A stretch of DNA of 57,983 bases, filler included, from Sluysia triapertura (Eukaryota), in the NCBI GenBank assembly GCA_046118255.1. It is 4 parts of 4 records of this genome, joined end to end, with 100 filler letters (N's around TTAATTAATTAA, not from the genome) between each part and the next. Parts side by side here need not be neighbours in the genome. Positions count along the whole stretch, not along the records: positions 1 to 14,888 come from JBJNIA010245431.1; positions 14,989 to 30,915 come from JBJNIA010214698.1; 2 more parts are not named here. One strand, given 5' to 3'. The notes under the pieces were generated by a model, which was not told the DNA's origin, made no database searches, and was given only the letters and a program-made list of their open reading frames with translations. The position numbers and the translations under genes are program-made. Of this stretch, positions 11,570-23,731 are shown piece after piece. The stretch's first letter is position 1, and every line of letters begins with the position of its first letter.

Positions 11570-12706
11570 AATCATCACAAATACTACAACAATCTCAACA
11601 TCTTCGTCGACCTCACGCCAAAGTACTTAATCAGATTAGGGCTTTCTATGCGGCGATAGACCGCTTTTGTTTAGAGAACACGACCGCGCATTTTCCCCCA
11701 CTTATTTCGCCACTGACTGTAAGCTGATGTCTGAGCTTACAGACAACTTGGCGACTCATATTTTTTCTTTATCTAGCGCACAAGCATCTATTTCTCTGCG
11801 CGGCCTCTCTAATGCTCCCGAAGTTTTTGATACCTTATATGTGGTTTATGCGCGTGGAATGGTTAGGGTATCTCTGGTGGTTGAAGGGGTTCCACTGTTG
11901 CTGGGCCTGGAGGGTTTGTCAATTTTCTACCAGGTAATGCAATGTTATGGTGGAAGCACTCCAGCTTCCAACATACATTGCCCTTTTATTCGTGCTGCCA
12001 AGAGATCCGTCTTTTCTCCCTCTTTTTTTCCGCAGCGGAAAATACAGATAATATGAACTGTTGGAGAAATGGATCATCTTATACGCATGTTCCATCCCTT
12101 TCTGCGTATGATGAGGACCGTCTCATGTTTGTGGTGTTCCATTGCGCCACAGATTTCTTGAATAATCTTCAGATTATTTGCGTGACTTGCACACCATACA
12201 ATGGCCAATTTGATACTGAGGCTCGCATTAAACCTCGATACAGAACTTCCGCAGGAACAGATGTCGACCTTCGGTTGGCTAAGAATATCGACAAAATCCG
12301 CCCATAAATAACTGGAATTTTGCGCAACAAGATTATGGTGGAGTTAAACCCACAATTTATTATTGACGCTTTGTATATTCCCTTTGGGCTGTTAAAGGAA
12401 ATTATCAATCGGTCGAACAATATTTTGGTCCCTTTTACCACATACGTTGTTTTTTGTAGGACGCGTCAAACATTACGGCTGATTTTCCCTATTTGCTCGG
12501 TGTTGACTTGTCGACAGATGGCCACAGAGTTTGTGGCTCTGTTCCACTATATTAGGGAACGCGATTTACAATTTATTACTAGGTGTAATAATCTCCCTCT
12601 CCTTCTCTTCACAAACCCCTTCTCGACTTATTTCTCCTCCTCTCAAAAAATTAAAACTTACTTCTCATTCTTCTTTTTCTACTTGTTCCTCACCCCTTTC
12701 TCGTAA
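11570..12706 (+). pseudogene. GC-richer accessory ORF of unknown function in the 3' part of the retroelement
   Basis: Chain of plus-strand ORFs (11667-12056, 11942-12307, 12320-12706) joinable by a frameshift and a single stop; base composition differs clearly from the A-rich gag/pol region. Confidence 0.5.
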
Positions 12707-12886
12707 ATTCCATGCATATACGAAGACTCATTTTTATACAGAATTTACCATCTCCTAGACGACTTAGATCCTGTAGACTTAGACTGAGTACCTTTATAAC
12801 TATCAATGATTATTATGTGATTGATTATAATAATAATTAATATTAACTTTGATTTGCGGACAAATCTTCCCGAAAGAGAAAGTATT

Positions 12887-14084
12887 TGTCAGGTTGTAAA
12901 TTTTGTAAATTAAAAAATTTGTATATTTTATGTATTTAAGTTTTATATTCTTAATTTTTATTTTATGCATTTTATTAAATTTTATTAAATAATTATTTAT
13001 CTTATATTAAAATAATAATGAAAAAAATTAAAATAATTATAAACTTAAGAAACTTAAAAAATTAAAATAAAATTGTTGGATAAAAATAAAATAAAATTTT
13101 AATATAAAATAAATTATTTAATTTTAAATAAAATAAAATTAATGTTTTGTTCAAAAGTAATTTTTGTTTTATCTTATCAATTTAATAATTTAGGTAAAAG
13201 GTTAAGATGGCGCTAGCGAATTTAATATAAATAGTTGAGATTTTAGGAGAAGAAACAGAATAAATTTTTAGCGACACAAGGAAATCACAATAAATGTTCA
13301 AGCAAAAAATTCAAGTGAAATTTAGCAAAGTTTGAATAAAAGATTAGATAATTTTATGAAAAAAGGATTTTCAATAAATAATTAATTTTAAATTTCAAAT
13401 TTAGTTTAAAAAATTTTTATTTTAATTTTAAAAAAATTATTTTGTTTTTTTAAATATAAACAAATATTTCATTTATTCAAATATAAAGAAAATTTTGCTA
13501 GGTAGATTTTTCTTTATTTTAAATTTTAAGATTTGTTTTATTACATCAAAAGTAAGATAAGAAATACGAGATGGAGAATTTTAGTACAAATATTTAAGGA
13601 ATTTTAGCAAAAGACAATTTTTTAGCTAAGAAATTACCAAATCAAATTTTTTAGTTTTTCTATGGTGAAGTAATTTTTTAATTAATAAGATTTTAGTTTT
13701 ACCTTAATAAGGAAAGCATAATATTCACTAAAAATATATACTTTTTATCTAGACCGTAACAGGCTAGAGAAACTAAACATAAAATTTGTATAATGAACCA
13801 AGGAAAATAATCCAGTGAGTGTAATTTAAAATTATTATAATTATTATTATAAGTGTTTACTGTGAGTGTTGTTTAACATTGTTTAACAGAAGTCTTCATA
13901 GAACTTTATTTTTACTTTTATAAAATAATTGTGAAAACTAGACCGTACAAGGATAGTGTAAAGTAATAAAAGTCATTTACAAGGCTAGTGTAAAATAGGA
14001 ATTTGTCATATACTAGATCGTAACACGGCTAATGTAATACAAAATAAAATAAAAATATATTTTGTTTACGACGAATATCGTACA
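12887..14084 (+). repeat. 3' LTR (LTR family A); 3' end approximate
   Basis: Follows the PPT, starts TGTCAG, has ATGGCG...TATAAATA promoter block at ~13207-13233 and repeated CTAGACCGTA..GGCTAG hairpins; similar to 19600-20400 and 38151-39062. Confidence 0.7.
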
Positions 14085-14888
14085 GTTTCTTAAGGTTTTA
14101 CATAAACGTAGCTTAGGCAGCCTATTTACTCTTTTGCGGTTCGTTTTTTAAAATCCTAATAGCACGTCTTCCACATTGATATAAACCGTGAACTCGACTC
14201 TTAGATATTATTGTGTAATTGTAAGTTTTTAGCTTTACTAATAAAAAACCCTAGCAATATTTTTAACACTCTTTAAACTTAAAAGTAATTTTAATTATCA
14301 TTTAACATTTTTACTGTCCTTAAGCCGTTTAAATACAAATATAATAAATTAGAACTTCTGCTGCAATATTTAGACGTGTTCTAGTATGCTTTTTGGTATT
14401 GATAAAAATGCGCTTTCAGTTATAACAAAAATATACGTGGTATTCAATATTTATTAGAACGTTTTTATTTTTTAACGAAATTTACAATGTAAATTCTTAT
14501 AATACTAAAACAGTGCGAATAATCGCTTTTTTGTGCAGAAAAAATTATTTTTCCATTCAATACTTATTTTGATCATTAAAAGTGGATTACCATAATGTGT
14601 ATATAATGGAATGCCATACTAAATACAGCTGTATGAATTCATAATGAGCGTAACCAATCACAATATGGTACATGATAGACTTGAGGGCGTTTGATTAGAA
14701 AATGTAGGAAAGTAGTAATAACTTGAGTATTTTAAAAGCTTACATTCACTCCTATTGATCATAGGTAACAAAGTTTTGTAAACTAAGATACAATATCACT
14801 GGATTCCTTCGTTATACTTTAAGGACATTTTTAACTTATAAGATTTAAAATTAGGATTCATTTTGTTATGAGCTGTACTATTATAAAA

Positions 14889-14988
14889 NNNNNNNNNNNN
14901 NNNNNNNNNNNNNNNNNNNNNNNNNNNNNNNNTTAATTAATTAANNNNNNNNNNNNNNNNNNNNNNNNNNNNNNNNNNNNNNNNNNNN
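14889..14988. other. Artificial contig spacer
   Basis: 44 N + TTAATTAATTAA (stops in all six frames) + 44 N. Confidence 0.98.
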
Positions 14989-17900
14989 ACTAGCTGTAAT
15001 GTTATCTATCAAATGTTTATTATTCTGAGTCTAAAATCATACAACAATTATAGATGTCAAACTTATGCTATTTGGCTATACCATTCAAGGATTTATTTTT
15101 CGCTTATTCAAAGCGAGTTTAGAAATTGTTATTTTAAATAAGATCACAAATTAAAGATGATTTTGAAAAAAACATAAAATTACTATCGAATAGTCTACTC
15201 GGTTTCCTTTTGAACAAAGCAAGACAGATTTTAAATTATTTTAAAACTAAATAATTTAGTTCCGAAGATAAATTTCGAAAAAAATAGCAATAAGTCTTTG
15301 ACAAAACTACATCGATTAGGCTACATAGATATTAATCAACAAAATAATTGCAAAACAATGTTACAAATTCTAATTTGTAACAATTATCAACAAATGGTTT
15401 GTTAATCTATCATCTATTTTAAAATGATTTTATGTTAAGTTTAAGATTGACAAACCATATAATTTCACAAACCAAGGTTTATTTTATGGAAAATATCTTT
15501 TTGTTATCCGAAGTTTTCAGATATAGCCTTTAAATGTACTACATTTATCGAACTATAACTGATTTAATTACTGATTACTTTCCAAATATTAATTTATTAA
15601 ACGAACTGTTAAATCTATTATACGAATAATTATTGAATAGTCTTCAAAAAATCAATTTAATTCTATTATGTGAATGATCAAGTATGCGTCATACTTTTGA
15701 GAACGTAGTTGTATATATAGACTATTTTTAATAGTTTGACCTGAAAGGTCTTTCAAATGTGTTTCGAAGTAAAATATTGAATTAAAATATTATTAATATT
15801 AAAATATGATATAGTGGATTTTTTATTTATTTTATTTATTTATTTTTAAGTTTTAAATTTAATTCCAAAATATTTTGCTTTGGCACCGATATTTTTGGCA
15901 CTTTAAAAATCACGTAATCAGACGAAGTAATCAGATATCATAATAATTAATAACAATATGACTATTAATTATTACATCATTCAATTCACATTGTTAATAT
16001 CAATATTACTTTTTTATATTATTGTAAACATTCTAAGTTCTTTAAATCTCTTTTCTATTATAGATAATCTTACATAATTTTACACAAATAAAATAAGAAT
16101 GTGAGTTGAGAATGTTTGGCCTGTCAATGATCTGCAGAATGAAATTATTTGCTTAAAGAATATTTATGTCTTAAACTATTTTTCTTTGTATCATATTTTA
16201 AGCCGCAACATCTTACACGAATTAAATATAATAATTTAATTTAAAATAAATAGGGAGTGTTATATGGTGAATTTTTGGGAATGTGAGTTTGTAGATATTC
16301 TAAAACTTAATAATGGTAATTCTCTTGCATCATTTTGCATTGCATTGGGAATTTAAGTATACTCTGTGTCTAATCTTTAATTTGATCTTCAGCATAAATT
16401 AACACATTATTTAAAATGTGTGTAACGAATATTAATGTCGGTGTAGAAATGTTTAAGGGACAATGCTATAAATTGTGTGAGTATTAAAGTGTATGATAAA
16501 CGATGTATAAGGACTTTGTGATTTCTAAACGTGGATTTACAGAATAATGTTATAATATTATTTAATAGTGTAAAAATATAAATAACATATCATTCCTCAT
16601 TCAAAAGTTATTCACACAAACGTAATTTTCTTTAATTAAGTTAATTAAGATTTTAATTAATTATTTATTTATTTTACCTTATTTTATTCTGTGTTTAAAG
16701 GTTTTATCATGGTTATAAAGTTGTTAGATACTTTATAAGGTACTCAGGAGGCTCTAGATTTTTTCACATTCATCATTCTGATTCCTTTTTCTGCTTTTTT
16801 ATTTCAGTTATTAATGTATTAAAATTATCTTTAATATTATTAACCATGATTTTAATTCTTGAACATTTCAAAGGTTCCAAACATTTTACAAGGTTACTCG
16901 AAGGTCTCAAAAGTTTATTAAGGTCTTGAACGTCTTCAAAGATTCCAAAATATCAACAAGGTCTCAAATGATCCTGATTTTCAGAAGTTTAAAGGTATCT
17001 TCATACTTCAAGATACCTTTCCAAACCTTACATAAGACTTCATAATGGTCTCAATACCCTAGAAAGGTCTTTGGAACTCCAAGATGTTCTTTGGTTTCAA
17101 AATGATTATAAACATTTTACTGTTCATTATTCTTGTTCTAGTAATATTTAATTATGTTTATATTATCATATTTCAGATATTTTATATCACTTTTCCTTAC
17201 ACATATTTTAAATTCTTTTACTTTTTAATCTACTTCTTACACTAACTGGATAATCCCAACAAATTCACATTTAATTACTAATGCTAATTCAATCAATTTA
17301 TCTCAATCTCTTATAATATTCGACTTATAATATTTACCTTCTTTTTATTATACTTTAAACTTATGCATTTTAATTCATTTAATACTAAACAAATGATTGC
17401 TAACTTAATAATAAAATTCTATAAATCCTTATCATGCGAATGTCAATACCAACTTTTTATTAAATCAAACTAATATTTTACAATTATTAATTTATTCTCA
17501 CCAAAACGTTAATATATTAACTTTTAAAACCAAAATTTTAAATTCAAAAACAACAATATGAATATGTATTATGTTAATGTTTATAACATACAAAATATTT
17601 ATAAATGTTTAAAAGTACAATATGACTAAAATAAAATATAAACACGATAATAATATAAAGATGATCAAATAATTTATGCTTAGAAATGGGTATTTCTAAT
17701 TTAACTTGTTAAATCTAATGGAGACTTTATCTCTAGCCAAAACTAGAGTTTTTAATGGTTTATTGTATTACATAGAATGTGTCTCCTTTAACATAGACAA
17801 AATTAACTTACAAAAATTTTAAAGGAAGGTTCGAAAATAAGTAACACCGCATAATATTAATCCAAAAGATACTATTGTCTACAATTACTGTATTCTCCTT

Positions 17901-18229
17901 GATAAGATGAATAACAATAATGCTTTTTCTGCTTCTCCGAATTCAAAGCTCGTAAATCGTTGTTACAAAGATTTTCAAAAATTGTACGTGAAAAGATTTT
18001 AAACAGAATTGTTTTGCGAGTTACTAATAATTCAGTATTTATATGTCTGAATAATATGGGCGTATCACAAGTAATTATTAAGTGATTATTATTATCAGAA
18101 GTTAATTTTCATTTATTATTATTATAATTATATTATTATTATTATTATTTTCCATCATAATTTCAGGTATTAACTGTGCACTCTAATACATTCTTATAAT
18201 GATATGAATATGTATTTTCATTTATTAGT

Positions 18230-18371
18230 GAATGATTATTCTTCAGGAACGGTTAATTAAATAAAATGTATCTAATTAGTCTGACTAACCTTCAGAAAAC
18301 TTATTTTGCTAGTTAAGTTTCTTCTACGTAGAATCACAGCAGAATGATTATTCTTCAGGAATGGTTAATTA
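18230..18371 (+). repeat. 30-bp direct repeat pair (period 112)
   Basis: GAATGATTATTCTTCAGGAAYGGTTAATTA at 18230-18259 and 18342-18371. Confidence 0.85.
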
Positions 18372-18407
18372 TCAAAATGAGTTAGATTTATCAATAATGA
18401 ATAAAAG

Positions 18408-18510
18408 TGTTAGACTTCATTGAATGGACTGACAGGGATTTATGGCTGTGACCATTAAGTATAAGTCCAATCTCACAATTTTATTTTATTATAGTTAATT
18501 ATAGTAGCAT
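18408..18510 (-). mobile_element. Degenerate, internally deleted copy of the tRNA-cassette element
   Basis: TGTTAGACTTCATTGAATGGACTGACAGGGATT... closely matches the starts of the copies at 34902 and 48730. Confidence 0.75.
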
Positions 18511-19599
18511 TATTCTCACCCAATTCATGGACATAGCTGCAAGATTCATTTTGTTTTATTATTGTTATTGAGTTTAAAAATTTTCAAGCATTCTATTTTA
18601 ACAATCAGGCATTCTCTCACACAAATAATCTGAATGTTCTTTGAGAATGAGACAGACAATAAAAACTTTGACAATTATATGGTACGGTCTTCCAAATCTT
18701 ACTCGGTGCTATAAAGAACTTGATGGCGTAATGAAACTTTACTTAACTCTGACTTGAGTATAAATTCATATTTTTTCCTTATCCCTCAGATTATGTAATT
18801 TGTCTAACTGTCCTACTATTATTTTATTCCTTTTATTTCTGATTTTGTCTAACTCACAGCTGTAAACTTTTAGTAATTTTATCATCTCGTCGATAATTTA
18901 TAATTTTTATTAAACCTTTATTTTTACTTAATTTAAATGCCGGCTTAAAGTTGTACAAACGATTTAGCATTAATTCAATATTCAATTTAACAAACAATAA
19001 ATACATAGTGAACAATGATAACATATTAAATAAACAAAGATCAAATGAAATGTTACTTCGTACATTCTGTCTCAAGCGATGTCAAAATTCTTTGATGAAC
19101 CGAGAGCAGATAATGTTGCGTCTTTAATGTTATTAATAACAATGGATTAATATCATTTCCATTTACTTAAATAGAATCTCAATAATTTCAATACTTACTA
19201 GATCAAATATAAATTATCACAAATTTTCTTATTTTAATAATGATATTTATTCAACCCCAAAATTGCGTTCTTCAATTCATATTAATAACAGTAACTCAAT
19301 AATTTAATAATTACAAAATCAAATACAGATTTCTATTAAAAGTCTCCGCTTTAACAATAATATGAATTAACTAAAAATGACTAAATCTGAGAATTAACAA
19401 TAGTTTTTATAACAATATTAAGCAAACTATAATCTATCCAAAGAAACCAGAGGTGACGCAACAAATATCAAATTGCAAGATATTTCCTCTTATGCAAAAT
19501 AGTTCTGGAGTCTGTCCGACTAACTAGGCACGATTTATATCAAAAGATGACATCCTAATTAGATTTTAAAAAGATAATTAAACAGAATTTAAAGGACTT

Positions 19600-20400
19600 A
19601 AATTAATTAGTTCCTTAAAAAATATAGTTCAGTAAATGAATAAATCTTTCTCGTCAAACTCTTAAAGTACTTGGTTAAACCAGCCTTCGTACGGTCTGGT
19701 CAATAATAATATATGTTAGGCTTTGAACCAGCCTTTTTACGGCCTGGTCAATATATGAAGATTTTAAATAAATATTAAATATGCAAATGAAAAAATTTAT
19801 TATTAAATCAAAGACAATTTAAATTAATAACACTATTTATATAATGTATAATAAAAATACGCAGTCTAGATCTTAAGTTCGACACTTAGATCAAGTTATT
19901 TTAAAAGATTTTAAGTCAGCCTTTTTACGGTCTGACATATATTAAAAAAGGTTGAGTGATATTTTATGTTCTATTGTTTTACAATTAGAACTAGAAAATC
20001 TTATACAGAAATTAATTACTTTTTCATGGAATAATGATTGAAATCTTCAACAAAATTGTAAGAGCAGCGCTGAATTTTCTAGATTGTCTTCTGTGTGTGT
20101 TTTTTCTAGATTGTGTAATGTTATTTATACATAATTTAACTTACTCGCCTCCATATTTTAAAATAGTACATTAAAACAAAAGTTTTAACTTTAATTCTGA
20201 TTTTAATTAATTAAATTTTAACTTAAATTCTGATTTTAATTTATAATACTAATGATAATATTTTATGATTTTAATTTATAATAATAATGATAATATTTAA
20301 ATAAATAAAATGAATATTAATAATGAAATAATAATGTCAAATAATAAAATGAATAGTCAACCATAATAAAATAATAATCAAATAAATAATCAAATGTAAT
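19600..20400 (-). repeat. Solo LTR-like copy of family A (boundaries approximate)
   Basis: Three hairpin motifs (19679, 19727, 19915), AGGTTGAGTG and TTCATGGAA..GAAATCTT blocks shared with 38520-38615, and a minus-strand GGCG..TATAAATA block at ~20120-20150. Confidence 0.6.
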
Positions 20401-20550
20401 AAGATAATAAATATCAAATAATAAAAGGAATAATCACCGAATCCATTAAAATATCATTGTGTGCTAATTGTGTGCCAATTGTATCAGATTGTGCCAAATC
20501 CAATAAACTGTAATGGTAAAATAAGCATAAGAAATACTTGAATTAAAGAA

Positions 20551-21075
20551 CATCACACAATATAACACTTTCATGAATGTGCAATGATCGTGGAATCGAA
20601 CACAGTGCAATTTTTCAATCAACTAAATCTTTCATATTACGTTTAAACATTTCTGGTAATAAACCAACATAAAGGGAAATTTTATTATTTACATAAATGA
20701 CAATTTAATATATCTTCTCTAGAATTCATCATAAAATCTATAAATTCTTGCAATCTATGATGTTTCAGAGTTATCACGTAAAAAATTCAATGTAATAACT
20801 ATGTAGGAAGATGATACACCTTCATGAATTTGTTTCCCTCGATCGGTATAATCTCCTTGGAATAAGTATTCAATATCATCTGGTAAACCAATATATGAAA
20901 TATATCGCCCATGTGTATCTCCATAGATTTCAGCTTTTTATTAGGTTGAAACGAAATTACTTTTTGGACTATATGGTTCACGTTCAAAATATCTTTAAAA
21001 TATAATTTAACCGGTTTTCCTGTTTATTTTGGACATACAATAGTTCTATTATTTCCGTTAAATTTAAAGTTACAT
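20551..21075 (-). pseudogene. PP1: Ser/Thr protein phosphatase 1 catalytic subunit pseudogene (PPP family)
   Basis: Minus-strand translation: IYGDTHGRY (GDxHG, 20922-20908), YLFQGDYTDRGKQ (GDxVDRG, 20856-20836), LRDNSE..IARIYRFYDEF*RRY (cf. LRGNHE..INRIYGFYDECKRRY), ..ILCD. Stops and deletions throughout. Confidence 0.88.
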
Positions 21076-21202
21076 TTTCGCATTTGATGAGAAACAGGAT
21101 CACTGATTTTATTTAAATTGTTTTGCTTAAATTGTTTATTTAAATTTCACCATAAAAATTTTTTACTAATTTAATTATATAATAATGATAATATAATAAT
21201 AA

Positions 21203-21244
<42 letters not shown>

Positions 21245-21263
21245 ATTATTATTATTATTATTA
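21203..21263. repeat. (ATT)n microsatellite
   Basis: Long ATT run; similar runs at ~18115-18150, 32468-32503 and 46790-46838. Confidence 0.9.
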
Positions 21264-23119
21264 CAGCAATAATTGAAAAATAATAATAATGTCGGTTTTT
21301 AACTAAGAGAATAGTAACGTTTAATCCTTTAGCTAGATCACGATTATTTCTTCCTTTGTCTAACGTATCATTAATAAAGTGAACAACGTTAATGTTATTT
21401 CTTCCAAAGTGAGAAATATTTGAGACATGAGCTATGTCAAATAAATCATAAAATGTGTGATGAATTTTAGTTTCATTTGGGATTTTTTAAATGCTACATA
21501 ATTTTTGCAAGATCTACATATAACAAAAACAGCTTTATCAATGGTCTTTTCATAAACATAAACATATGAATTTGAATAATATTATTTTTCATGAAACATT
21601 AATTAAATGACCTTTAATGAATTTAAATAATGATAAAGCCACTTTAAATTACTTCTGTTGGGATTAGTGAAAGATAAATATCGATATAAGGGTCAGGACT
21701 GAGGATAATAGAATAAGGTGAATGTTATTGAAGAATTAAGATAAAGTATTATGATGAACTGTAATAGTAAAATAAGCATAAGAAATACTTGAATTAAAAC
21801 AAATTAATGAGAAATATGAAGAAATAACCCTTTAAAAGGTTTTATTTGTTAAAATATTAAAGTTCATTTGTTAATTAACTTAATTAAAATTTGTTTAATT
21901 TGATAATTCAATAAAAATGTTTGCTCATGATATAATAATATTGAGTTTTATTAGTATTTTTAATGATGAAGTTTGCGAAGCTTGTCAACGTTGATAACGT
22001 AATTTATAATTTAATTTTTATAATTTATAATTTATAATTTTTATAATTTAAAATTAAAGTTAAATATAAGAATTAATAATATATATATCAAATTAATGCT
22101 TATAGAGAGACCAATTCAAACATGTTATTGAACTTGACGTGCAACTACAATTGACGCATAACGTATTAATGCGGAATATTCCTTTGAGAAATAAATTTAA
22201 TGTTTCATTAATTTTATCTTTAAATTAAGTTGACAAATTATTAATATAATAACAATATAATAATGATTTTTAATGTTAATTAGATGGTTTCCAAAGGATA
22301 AAGAGATTGTCTACCACAAATCCCATTATCTTAGCATAATTAGAATGATAATGACGTTGAACATAGACGGAAATTGCTGTCAAAATCTATAAAATTGGTG
22401 GACTTATTGGCGTATAAAATAAAAACGACAGCTTTAATTTCCGTCTTGTTCAATTTCTGATTTGTATTTTCTCTAATTATCTTAAAATTGCTATATAAGA
22501 GTTACATTTCTGCAAGAAAAACAGAAGTGAAGCCGACGTTAAGACGGATTAAAGAAAAATCAAATTAATTTTTCAACTGCAGGGAGGCTGCTCTAGTTCA
22601 TTAGTGGATAACGGTGACATTAAAGTTATTTCTTTAGTAATTGTCTAAAATAAACCATTTTCTTTTTAGAACAAGGATTAGTCATACATTTCTTATTGTT
22701 TATATTTTGCATTAATCCGGGTGCTAAAGTTTAAATAAGTTGTATCATCAATGGTTGTGATTTAGCTTTAAAGAATAATTTTCATTTTTATAAAGAGTAA
22801 TTTGTATTGTCATAGTTATAAAGAGTAGTTTATATATTTTCGCTGTAATCTTGTGATAATATAAAAAATATATCGAGATTTTGAATTTATTTAGTTATTG
22901 AGTTTTAATTTAATAAGTTTAGGAAAATAAAATTATTAAAAGACACAACGGTTCCGTAAACCTTTCTAGCCTCTGGATATTTCTGATAAAAGTCAGGATG
23001 ACTGCTAAATATTAACCCTTTGCGCGATTAATAAAAAAGAAAATAATTATTTTCAAGATTATATATACTTATTTGGTTTATAGTAAATTGTGTTATCAAA
23101 TTGTAAGTAAATATAATTT

Positions 23120-23731
23120 CTAGATGTTTTGAATCTCAGTATTTTTATCTAATCGACCATTTCTAAGTAAAGCAGGATCTAATATATCTACTCTGTTAGT
23201 ATCTGCCATTACTTTTATATCATGATTTGGTTGGAATCCATCTAAGTGATTTAGTAATTCCAACATAGTACGTTGAACCTCACGATCATTAACTTCCATT
23301 GCTTTAACGCGTGAATCAATTTCAGCAGGTAATTTTTCTAAAATTAAATACGAATCTTTATTGACACCAACTAAATCGCCTGGTTTTAAATCAGATGCTT
23401 CAACTAAACCTATTATTGGTAGAAAATAAGTATGTCTAGTACTGGTTTTGACTACAGCACATTTACCTTTTCTCTGGGCATCTAAATCAAGGTTACTACC
23501 TTCTTCTTCATCAGGGTCAGGTTCAACATCCAATAATTCTATCACATTTGATACTAAATAAGACAGAGCTTTATTTGATTTAATTTTCCTTTTATTTTCT
23601 TTAATTATATCTTGCTAAGTTTTCGTTTCATGATTAACATGTGTTAATTCAGATTTCATAATTCTAATTTCAGTTTCTAATAGCCTTATTGGATTTGAAA
23701 GATCATCGTTTGATATTATTAATTCTGCCAT
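23120..23731 (-). pseudogene. PSMC3: 26S proteasome regulatory ATPase 6A (Rpt5) pseudogene with internal deletion
   Basis: RLLETEIRIMKSE...[11 protein letters not shown]...[24 protein letters not shown]...SRVKAMEV joined directly to [17 protein letters not shown]...[12 protein letters not shown]. In-frame TAG at 23617-23615; Walker A and B are absent; C-terminus truncated. Confidence 0.92.

Larger units (their letters stand above)
3811..14084 (+). mobile_element. Decayed env-bearing Ty3/Gypsy-like LTR retroelement (non-autonomous as seen)
   Basis: PBS at 3820, gag with zinc knuckle, env-like glycoprotein, three retropepsin motifs, integrase H2C2 domain, PPT-like GAAAGAGAAAG at 12872-12882 and TGTCAG LTR start at 12887. 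Many stops and frameshifts. Confidence 0.85.

Noticed and set aside
14933-14944. TTAATTAATTAA palindrome inside N-runs (also 30960 and 43536) as a biological motif
   Set aside because: Identical 44N-12-44N layout three times; it is an artificial six-frame-stop linker.
20799-21005. Listed ORFs 20799-20987 and 20811-21005 as genes
   Set aside because: The PP1 motifs lie mainly in a different minus-strand frame; these ORFs are incidental.
23615-23617. Stop-codon reassignment (TAG read as sense) suggested by in-frame stops in conserved genes
   Set aside because: The intact PUDP gene ends in TAG and ARL6 in TGA, and the relics also carry frameshifts and deletions, so decay explains the stops.
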